This document shows positions 22,293 through 33,594 of a stretch of DNA of 64,000 bases, one piece after another. The stretch's first letter is position 1, and every line of letters starts with the position of its first letter. Under the pieces are notes generated by a model. It was not told the origin of the DNA and did no database searches. It saw only the letters and a program-made list of their open reading frames with translations. Made by a program: the position numbers and the translations under genes. Origin of the DNA: Podospora anserina. Its lineage: Eukaryota. The DNA is taken from positions 6,820,001 through 6,884,000 of the forward strand of contig CM030332.1 in assembly GCA_017654855.1 (NCBI GenBank), given 5' to 3'.

Positions 22293-25200
22293 ATGTCGAG
22301 GTCATCCTACTCAGACGATAGCGTCGACCTGGATGATATCGGCGACAGTGAGCATTATCATGAAGATGAGAATGAAAGACAAGGCTCGTCTTCTACGACG
22401 GTTCGCAACGGCAGTGTAGCACCAAGAGCCCCTAAACATGGGAAGTTCTATGGCCTGCCACCTCGTCAACAGCAGCAGCCGGAGCGGCCGCGGCGACCAA
22501 AGCGCTCAGCACAAGATCAAGGGGGACAGGATTGGGAAACGGGACGTCAACGGCAACAGTCGAGCTCTGCTTCATGGGAACGGCGCCGGTCTCCTTCACC
22601 GCTTTCTTTTCCAAATACCCCATCGCCTCCGCGTCCAACCTGGGTACAAAATCTAGGCAGGGCAAATACTTATATCTCGGAGGCGAGGGAACAAACTACT
22701 GGACCGGTGAACTACTGGGATCAGATGGGTCACGAGGGCCCCGAGCAACGCAATCGGTCCCTTGTCACGGTTCGGCCAGTATCTAGAGCAAGACGAAGGC
22801 CAGCACAAGAGGAACCAACGGCACACCAGTCTGGCAGGGAACCACGTACAGGTCACTTACATGAGGACCCCTTCAACGTCGAATCTCGTACGAGACCGCC
22901 TGTTCTGCAACTTCGGACGCAAACACGACGAGAACAGTCTCGCAGAAACCAACGGATTCCAGATTTCAGACCGCCCCCTTACGAGTATGTGCCTACTTAT
23001 TTACAGGACCGCTCAACATCAATAGGGGGAACATTTAGCCAGAGCTCGGAATATTCAGATATAAGCGACGAGGACCAGGAAAGCCAGCCATCAAATCACG
23101 ATGTTTATGAGCGACCTGTTGACCTCGTTCATGACCCCTCACAATCAACCAAAAATATGACGGTCCGGCTCGAGTTTGATATCGAAGAAGACTGGGACAC
23201 TGATCTCGAGGAGTTTTGCCGACTCAGGCGGCTCGGCCGGTTCAAAGACGCGCAAGAATACTTCAAGCAAAACCTTGAACGCTACAGCACCATCCCGTAC
23301 ATCCGGGTTCAGTACGCAGAAATGCTGGTTTCATCTGGAAACTTGAAGCTATTCCGAGATATGCGGCTACTGCCGGAATTTCTGCCTCCTGTCGGAGAGG
23401 AGAGTATGGATGAGCTGAACAGAGGCAAGCTGGCAGCGAACTATGCTCTGCTGGATCTCTTGTCGCAGCGGCACTTTCCAAACTACATACAGATGGCGTG
23501 GCAGATTGTGGAAAACACGCTGAAAGCCCTCAGCACCGAACAAGTCATAGGATCAACAGAGGTAAGAAACATGTAATCTCTTGCATCACATCCTTGAGGA
23601 TCGTATGTTGACCATTTCCTAGATACAACTACTGAGTTTGTGCCTGCGGGTGTTGCACCGCTTGGAGGCCTGTACGCATGAAGGCATTATTGACGTGCCC
23701 AAGATTTACGCAAAGCATCTTTTCGATTGGAGCCGCCTTTATCGCGAGATCACCGCAGAAGATAGCATCTGGGATGCCAGAGATCTTTTGGTGGCTGCCA
23801 CATCTGTGTTTGGCTGGCAGGACATGTCAGCCATGTTTTTCGGGACCAGTTACCTTCCCAAAATTATGGAGTTAATTTCCAATGACTGGATTCGGACGAG
23901 CTACGACGAACCATCGGCGTTGGGTCTCCTTGACCTTTTTACCTCACTGATACTTCAAGATCACGACAAGGAAATGGACGTTCGCAACCACCTTTTACTC
24001 GAATATGCCACGATCTTAGCACGCTCCATTCAAGACCACGATGAGGGGTTCATGCGAAGCAGACCCTTTCTACAATGGTTACTTGTCAAAGCAGTGCTCG
24101 AGAAGACGGCTGCTCCAGAGCGACCTGACGGGATTCACCTCAAGGACTTTGACGGTCTCGAGCTCAAACAAAAGAACGGAATACATTTGCCCATCTATGT
24201 TCCGAAAAACGGGCTGGAAAGACCTTCATGGGACATGTTCTTCACTCGATCTAGCCCAGCACAACGCCATACCGCAGAAGTTGTGGTAGCCACCGCCGAT
24301 GCCATTGGAGACTACTTCCTCAAAGCAGAGGCCTTGAAAATTCTGATCCTTTTTTCCCAAAACCCGGGAAGGTCCATGTCAGATCTCTGTCGCCTCCAGC
24401 TCGAAATCCAGGGGGATACTGAAGGCTACCTCGCCACGCGACTGTCGACTTATTTGCTCTTGAACGAGTCGAATGAGCTGCAAGACTTGGGAATAAGTCC
24501 CACCGATTTTGATCCCACAAGGAACGAGAATTGTGAAAATGCAACACTAAGATGGGCCAGCGCTGTTCTTCCTGCGCAAACCCTTCTCCGTTCCGATATT
24601 CGCGAGGATAATCGGCAGCCTACCCCTCAAAATGAAAATCTTTCATCCGAACTTCTTCAGGCAGCCTTCAACGTGTGTGGCCCAAAGCTTCCGTCTTATA
24701 TCATAGATTTCGCAAGACAGAAGCTTCAACTCGACGCCCCCTCGATAGTCCCGATGCCGATGCTGGCATTACACAACCCGACCGACGATAAGCCAACAGC
24801 AGATAAGGCCAGAGACAATGTTGACGGCATTCCGAGATACAGTCCCTTCATCTCTGGACAACAACATGCTTCAGGATATCCGTATCCCTTCATCTACCCA
24901 AACCCCAACTACCCAAATCCCAACTACCCAAATCCCAACTACCCGAATCCCAACTACCCAAATCCCAACTACCCAGCTCATAACGATCCATTTCTTAGCC
25001 ACCAGCCTTCCAACTACCCATACTCCAACTACCCGACCGCGTACGGACAGCCACAAAATCCAAATGCCGTGCATCACAATGTTGCTCCCTATGTCGGGAC
25101 ATATCCTTGGCTACAAGGACCCGGGCCCGCCAACGTTGCCGGGACACCAAACCCCTTTGACTTTTACACTCCATCGCCGCCAGCGCCGCCGCCTGCTTCC

Positions 25201-27345
25201 GGGATGCCGTCCCAAGACTATCAGACAAACCAACCTCCAACGGCGCCTAACGGGGTGTGGCCGGACGTGGAGGTGGCTGGATGGCCTGCTACGTGGCAAG
25301 AGGATGCTCAACGTCTTGCAAACTCCCGGCCCCCTCCTTCAACCGACGACGAGGACGTAACCATCAGGGTGAAAGGTCATCAGACTCGGGTTGGCGGCGA
25401 CGCGCAGGCGAGTTCGGACAAAGTTTCACAGTGGCTATTTCCGGGAAGTGATGGAGCACCGAATATTGACAAGAACGACCCTAATGAGCAGTCGATCCCT
25501 CCACCATCCGGAAAGCCTGCTGTTCCTGGTGACAGTGCGCCCAAAGTCAACAGTTCGACTCCTGTCAATGATACTGTGGCTCCCGAAACAAAAGAGGGCG
25601 ATCCTGGCCAAGCATCGAAGCCTGTTGCACCAGAGACCACTGATGCCAATGGCGGCTCGAACGTGAATAGGGGAGATCCGGGCCCAAACACTGGGATACG
25701 TAGGCGGCACACTGTGGATGTCTTACCGGAACGCAGTCATGCTAAGGTGAACAAGACGGCTGACACCGCGAATGGTATCATTCCCGAAGAAAACAACCCA
25801 TCTGGTAGCCTGGAAGCCGAGGATAATGGTGACAGTGTCGATGAGAAGCCGAGTTTCGATGTGGAAGAGGGCTTGCCCAAGCTTAGCTTCCCTCCAGATC
25901 TTCTCAAAGGGCACAAGTTGACGGTCATTCTCGATAGCAAGGACGATCCTCAGAAGGTCAAGGCGTATGTCATCGACGTAGAAGGCGTGCATGAGACCCC
26001 AGTAGTGCGCCCTACAACTGGAGAGCAGCACCGGTCCAGGACGAAAATTCACGTCAAATCCGGTTCCTATGAGGTTGCCGATGCAGGAAATGAACCGGGC
26101 GAGTCGACTGTAAGGATAAGCAGAAGCAGAAGCAGGGAAAAGGGCAAAGCTAGAGACACCAGCGAAGCGCCACCGAGTTATCCAGAGGGCGGTGTCAAAG
26201 AACACACGACTATACACGGCACCGTGCGGCCCCACGTTGTTTTGGATGATTTTGTCACCCAGCCGCCACATGATAAACTGTCGAAACCGACAAGGAAGAA
26301 TTCGGGGTTTGGAGGTCCAGCCGGAGAAGGTCCATCGAGACGGCAGAGCATGTCCAAGCCAAGGTCTAGCAAAGAGGAGCAGGACAAGTTGGCAAAGTCT
26401 GTCAACAAGAGAGCAAAGAAGGCTGCCCAGAGGTTTTCATCTCTTGGTCCAGCTCCCAGTCCGGCCCCCAGTCCGCCGCCTAGCCCACCGCCCTCTGGTT
26501 CGCGACCGCCACCTGACAGGCCTGTGTATATCCCCGATGCCAATCCCGACACGGGCGCTATCCCCGAGAACGACGAGGGTGCTGGTGATGGCGTTGGCGG
26601 GCATGAGCATCAAGACGGAGATCAAGGACAGGCGCAGGACCAGGAGCAGGGGCATGGACAAGCTCCAGACCAGAAACAAGACCATGTTCAGGAAGAGACC
26701 CAAAGTCGGAACCAACGGGAAAGGCAGTACTACAATCAAGGTCCAGACCGGCAACAAAACGAGCAACTAGGCGAGGGCATCCGAGTCTATTGTTCAGGCA
26801 ACCCCACAGATCCCACCATCCCGACCACCAACTCCTCTGCGCAAACTGCGCCCTCCCCTGGGAAAACATCCCATCCCGACAGTCACGACAGCACAGATGA
26901 AGACTGGGAGATCCAGAGTATAGACGGCGACGAAGCTGCTGGCAACCACGAGGCAGTGTTTGAAGCCTTCTCTGACGAGGACGCAGACGAAGACGAGCAG
27001 GCGACCCGCAAAGAGGTGGAGCAGATGCTGAACGACATGCAAACCGCCAGAAAGAGGAGACAGGATGCGGATCGGGCAGAGGAGGAGTGGTTGAAGGGAC
27101 GGCTGGAGCGTCTTGCTGCTAAAGAGAAAGAGGAAGAGGAAGCGAAGGCGAAGGGGAAGAGGAAGGGGAAGGGGAAGGAAAAGGTTGCGGTGGTGGAGGA
27201 ACCGGAGAGCATCTCTTCTGTGATGACGGAGGATGAGGAACGGTTTAGGTGGGGTGAGGAGCCGAGGTCGCCTTTGAGGAGTTTGAAGAGGAAGGGGAGG
27301 GGGATTAAAAGGTTAGCAGACTTTGTTAAGCGGGGATCGGGGTAG
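22293..27345 (+). CDS. Hypothetical protein (~1660 aa): central helical (possibly TPR-like) region with large disordered flanks; 1 intron (23562-23622)
   Basis: The 427-aa and 1235-aa ORFs are joined in frame by a 61-nt GTAAGA...GTTGAC...TAG intron (STE|IQLLSLCLRVL). Confidence 0.8.
24901..24975 (+). repeat. 15-nt coding minisatellite (AAYCCCAACTACCCR)x5 encoding (NPNYP)5
   Basis: Seen directly in the sequence. Confidence 0.92.
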
Positions 27346-30300
27346 AGATGGCATCGACACATGGGAGGTGGATGTTGCCTTTTCTCGGGTAGAACCGCCC
27401 ATCTTGACACAATTAGATCAGACAGTTTGGTCGAATCACTCCATGAAACAAAGCTTTGTATTCTCGAGCGTCTTGTGGTTGACAGCATGGCAAAGCTCAC
27501 TTTCCAAAGCGAACATTAAACCTTCTTGAAAAAGAAGAACCAGGGATCGTGAGTAAATAAACTAATATTCTCTGTGTCTCAATCAGCAAGGGGGAGAGGA
27601 AGATGTCGACATCATAGTGACGGCACTGTATTTGAACGATGGCTTTCGAGAACAAAAGCCTCCTTGCTTCCCGCGCTCAGTTTCGGGGCCAGGTGTACGT
27701 GAGCAACAGGCGAGTCTCTCGGGCAGGCAGTTTTGTATTCGTCAAGGCCGGCGATCTGGCCGTTGCCAGACCCGTTCCGGAAGCAGCCTTGCCAACATTT
27801 CGCACGCAGTCGAGAGACCTGCTGAGGGAAGTCTGCTCTACAGTGGTATCGCGGCCAACTTGGCAGTAACAGTCGGGCTTTAGCTGAATGGATAGCTTGA
27901 CGAACTGGCAGGCTTCTTTTGGAAGAGAACTTTGGAGCCAAGACGTCGGTGGCAACAGAGAAAATTACTGCGCTGAAATATATGGAGCAGAACTATATCG
28001 TAAGGCCAAGGCGTTCTCAACCTACGCCGTGGAAAAGGCGAGGCACCGGGTACGCCCGAACACTTTGGTGCGAGCGATCAGACAAATACTTGTATAATTG
28101 TAGAACCAAAAGTCACTGTGTTGCTCTCCGTACTGATATCTCTGCATATCTGAGAGCACAGGTTCCATGCCCAGCGAGAATGCGGTCGTTGATGACTGAA
28201 GAACCGGGACACCACCTAGGGGTCTCGCGGTCCTGTACGACGACGGAGATAGCTCCGTGCAGCACATGCATTAAAATAAAATAAAACTAAAGGTCACGAT
28301 AACTAAATGCAGTACAACACCGAAGCGAAGTCGGCTACACGGAGCGGCAGGACTCCAGAATGGATTGCGCGCAAGAAAACGCAAGGCCCCCGGTCCGGCT
28401 TGGCGAGAGCATTGGAGCTTCCGGGCCGGGTCCGGGTCCGGGGACCAACCCCGCTTTGTTTGAGGCTCCGTAAACCGTAAACCCCGGGCCGACGGCGGAA
28501 ACGGAAGAAATTCAATACCATAGAAAAACAACCGCAAATGTCAGCGCAGAAGTCAACGAGCAAATTTCAATTTTTGACCACGAAATTCTGGATAAGGGGA
28601 CACCAGTGCCCCTTGCTCCGGTTGAACAGCGTACAACAAAAGTCAGAGTGGCTGGGAAAAGTGTTCTCGCTGAACTCACAACACGGGAACCGGGGGGTCA
28701 GTGCTAAAAAGGATTGACTTGTCAAAGCCGGAACGGATACGACGGGGCGAAATGTGATATGCCGTACGGATGAGAACTGTCCTTGGCCCGAAACGAATCT
28801 GGCTGTCATTTTCGGCATCCAGCACACAACATTGCACTGCGACAGACGGGGCAGGTGGTCCATTTCATTCGTTTTTTCCCTTTGGGCGCAGATTGCGCCT
28901 GGTGCGAAGAAAGCGGTTGCAGTGGTGCGGAGGTGCGCTATTTGCTGCAAGGATGTGGTGGTAAGTAGTGTCGAGTGGCAAAGAGCGGTCCGAAAGAGCA
29001 TGGTGACATGCTGCTGCCAGGCCACACACAAGCAAGTCGAGTCGAGGTTTCCAGCATGGGCTCTCTATCGGGTGCTGGGGTCGGGGGTTGGTTGTTGTTG
29101 GAGGTGGTGCTGGTGCTGGGCCACAGAGGGCGCTACGGTTGCGATTATGACCAAAATCCCGAAGCTATTTGCATCTCTGGATGTTGGTGGCAGGACTGCT
29201 CGTGTGCGACGACGCTACCTGCTGCTCGTGTCGACCGGGTGTTTGCGAGTCAAGCAGCGTTATTTCTCTTTCCATGCAGGTAAGCCAGGAGTGGAAGGCT
29301 GTTTGACGACGGCTTCTCAGCGAAAAGACATGCGTCGCCAAAGAGCAACATGGAGTTGCGCACCATCGGCCGGCCAATGGCACAAAGTTGCCGACGCCCA
29401 CATTCCCATGTCGGCTTGGCAGGGAGGAGGGCTGGCGATGCTGGTCGATGCTGGTCGTGGTGGGCATTCCAGGCCCATCAAAGAAACGACCAGCCCAGGA
29501 CAGACGGGGGGAGGGGTTGATGAGGGGTAACATGAGCATCAAACCTAACGCGCCAGTGCAGCACAGCTCACCATCGAGAGCTTGGGCATGCGTGGCAGTT
29601 AGCCCAGTATCACCGGATGCTGCGCAGGACGCCATCCAACCCATCCCCTTCACCCTCACGGCAGCCAAACGGTCGAGGCCGTGTTTCCGGTCCAGTTTCG
29701 ATGTCGAGAGCTTGGTTCAGACAGCTTTTTGAAGCGGGGCATTGCCGTCATTTGTAAGTGATCGGGCGAAGCTGATAAGATGGAATGTCATCATTCTGAA
29801 CAGGGGTACATGATCAGCTCCAGGATCAAAGATGGAAGGAAACGAATCAGGTGTTGAGCTTCATTTCGAGGCTGTCGGCTGACCAATAGATAAGATCCCG
29901 GCCGCAGGGATCCCAGGCGCACAAGGAAACAGAAACGGAATAGCGGGGCGCATCTGGCTTGCCAAGCCGAGCTCCAAACCAGTACGTACACCGGAGCAAG
30001 AAGCCGGAAGGGCAGGAAAATGTGTTGCCAAAATCAAAGGTTTTGGGTTCGAAAGCTGTTGATCAATATGCGCCCAGAGCTATGAGCAAGCGATCCATGG
30101 TTGAAATCGAATGGCGAGTGCGGGAGGGGCGGTAGTGTATACATACATAGAGCGATAATTCAGGCGTCGATATCGCTTGATGGCTAGGCCCGAGGAAAAT
30201 GCGACTTAGCTTGCGACACGTTGCCTTGAGGGGAGGGCGTGATGGGTTGCGGCATAGCAGGAGCCACGAAAGCCGAAGCATGCGAAGGATGAGGAAGGAG

Positions 30301-31279
30301 AGTCGGCTTGGTGACGGCCATGATGACCGGTGTCTGGGTGGATATGGGTTGTACAGAACACACCAGCATACCATTTTCGGTAAACACAGCATACGAGGGA
30401 CTTTTTTGGATCAGAGCAGCTCCGAGTATGGAGTTTGGTGAAAAGTCCCTTTGTTCGCCGCACTTCCAGCCTCGGAGCCACAGCATGACAACCAGCGCAG
30501 CTCTGATGCAGAGAGACGGAACCGGGCCAGAAGATGGCATCGGTAATAATGTGGCTCGGAAGCAGCGATTCCTTGCGCTCCAGGGCAACCTTGAAGGACT
30601 CCTGGCTGGTCACTAGACTGACAATTCGTGGACTTTCACCCCGGGCCAGCACGCTGCAACACGGTGGACGGTGGCAGAAAGGGTGATGTGGCAGGGACAA
30701 GGTTCATGTTCGGCTTCAGGTTCGTCCAGGTCCAGGTCCAAGGATGGGCGCTGGGCATGGGGCGTCGACACGGTGAACAGCTTCCAGTTGGGGTTGGGGT
30801 TGGGGTTGGTGTGTGGCAGTGGGCGGGATTGCGATTGGGTTGGGTTGTTTGATTACCGTTCAATACCTCACCAGAGAGACAGACGGGTATTATTCCCACA
30901 GAATCCAGGCAGCCTAATAAAAAGGCGACCAAGTGACGCTGTACAGAACACACAGCACACCTCCAACCGCTGGCACATCCAGGCGCACACACGGCGGTAC
31001 CGGACTTTGAGACCGAAGTGCTCCCCGTCTGAAGTGCTTCTGTTGTGGGTGCCATTTGCGACCTGCTGCCGCAAGCTGCTTTTCCGGTTTACGGTTACGG
31101 GATTGCCTTTTGACGATTTGCTTTTCAGCATGTCTTGTTCGTAATCTCGATGCTGACAATGGTCCGTTTTCTCCGAGTTTTGTTCATTTTCGGTCCCTTG
31201 GACGGGCCATGCTGCATCCCCGCACCACACACAGTCCAGCCCAGGCTACCGGCCGCCGCTTTGTTGAGACTTGTGTTGC

Positions 31280-31365
31280 CTTTTTTTTTTTCAGGTTGGA
31301 AAGTTTGTGGTTTTTTTTTTGGTTTTTTGTTTTTTGTTTTTTGTTTTTTTTTTTTTGTTTTTTGG
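31280..31365. repeat. T-rich low-complexity tract (Tn-G units) in a long intergenic region
   Basis: Seen directly in the sequence. Confidence 0.85.
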
Positions 31366-33207
31366 CTGCCCGCCTGGTATTTGGCACTGTACACTCGACG
31401 CCCTTGGCTAGGTTCCTTTGAGAACGGTTGTTTGTGCCTTCCACTTTTTGCCTTTTTGGAGTCTCAGACGGGACTTCCACAGAAGCCCCTCCCTCGCACC
31501 CCTCACTCACCCCTCTCCTCCGTCCGTCCCCCGCCCCCCCAGCATAGCACCAAAGCACAGCGCTGGCTGGCTGGCTTGCTGGCTGGACGGATCAGGGAGG
31601 GGAAAAAAGAAGCGGCCCCTGCAAGAAGGAAGGGTGCGGCCGCTCATGTCTTTGACGGTCTTTTTCTACGCAGCGCTGTGTACGGTACAGTAGGTTACGG
31701 TACGTACAGGGGATCCACCCGCTGCAGTCCACCAACAGCGGCGCTCGGTTTGGCTGGCAAAGATGCCGCCGATGCGAGCGAGACCTGCGAGTGATCGAGG
31801 ATCCCTCTTACTCTCTCTTCCTTGCTGCTTTTTTCTCGCGAGCGTAAGAGAGGTAGCGGGTTGGAGGTGGCTCTTACTAGTGCCTGCTCTGCAGTCCCGC
31901 CTGTGACCAACGAGTGACCAGAAACGAATTGATTACGGGTGACTCTTGGTGACTCGGTGACCTGACCTGACATGACCAAGCCTATCCAGCCAGCCTTGAC
32001 TTGGACTTGACTGGGCTCGTCCTGCTAAGGAAACTGATACCTACTTGGGCTTGAAACTGGAACTTGCTCGACGGGACAAGTGCCTTGCCTTTTTTTGCTC
32101 CGCCCTGCCCCCCATGTTCCATGCTCAGGCTCCATGCTGCTTCGGGTCTTTCTTGCTTTTGATGATACAAAACCGACACGATCCCCAACAGCCTGTTCCG
32201 CCCGTTCCCTTTCTTCTCCCTTTTGCTCTCTTCCCGGCACCTGCCTTCCCTCAACACACAGCCGAACCCGTATCCTCGCCACCATCCCTTTGAGGTCTTT
32301 GCTCTCTTGTTCAGCTTCTGTGTCCTTGTCGGAGCACATCTCCAACCAAGCGCTTTTATCTTCTGCCTCTCGGCTTATCGGCGGTTTTCTTTCTGGTCTT
32401 ATCAGTCCTCTGGCCCGGTGTGGAGTCTGGAGCTCGGTCTATCTAGCTGTCACCTCATACGTGGGATTTATGAATGAATAAGTGAGCAACCAAGAGCAAT
32501 TCACCCCCACCCCCCTCCCCTCCCTTCCCTCTGGGATTTTGCAGGGGCGTGATGGGCAGAGCCTGCCGCCGGAGGGCACGAGACTGCTGTGAGCAGTTAG
32601 ATTTTTCTTGGAGATAAATAACTGACTCCGCCGGTTGCGCTCAAGTTGCAGAGTAGAAAACTTCCACGAACATTGCCCCTGGTTTGCGACTGCCTGACCT
32701 CAGCGAGTATATCTGGTGATAACACGACGGCGAAAGTGAGCATCAATCACCGACGAACTCTAACCCTGTCCACGACCCCGAAACGAGCCCGTTTTTGCGG
32801 TTGGGAAGACTCGGACACGCTCGACATTTACTTATGCATGGTGGAGGATCAAAGTTTCAGCTTTGCCAGTCGTAAAACTGGGCCATCGAGGTTCTCAGCC
32901 ACTAGACTGAGCCAATATTCAACCTAACCATCACGAAGTCCCACCACCGGCTGGAAGCAAGAGAGGATTACGAGCCAGAGCATTTTTAGGGAACGGCAGA
33001 GCGGTGAGAGCCACAAGCTCAGGAGTTTCGCTTTCTTTGTCCAAAACACCTGGGACAGTTGCCATCTCCGCTGAAAGGAGCCCAACCACGGATCAGGAAG
33101 TTCACGGCGGAAACTGCAGCAGCCTCACACCCCCATAGGCTATCTACTGCAGCTACCCGTTGTGAATCGCAATCAGAACCACGGTCCGGGTGACTGAGCA
33201 GAACAAG

Positions 33208-33563
33208 ATGGATCAAATGGACTATGAGATGCACCAGGCCGAGGTGCCAACCTCTCAGGCGCCCGCACATCCAGCAACGCATTCCGGATTCCAAGGTGTG
33301 CCACCACAGAGTCAGGGCGGTTGCCCCTTTTTCCGGAATGAACAACAGCATCGCCAGCCATCAGGCTTGCCTCATCTTCACCCCTCATACCCGCACTACC
33401 ACCATGGCGTTAACTCTCTGTACCACCTGTCCAGACAAAACCAAGGACCCCACGCTCCTCGGCCATCCCACAGCCGCAACCTCTCCCTTCAGCCACACCA
33501 TCACCCTCAACAGCCCAGCCACGGACAGCTGCAACAGCAACAGCAACAACCACAACAACCGCA

Positions 33564-33594
<31 letters not shown>

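Noticed and set aside
27617..28284. Cluster of short overlapping ORFs that might be a pseudogene
   Set aside because: No consistent frame, splice model or recognisable motif.
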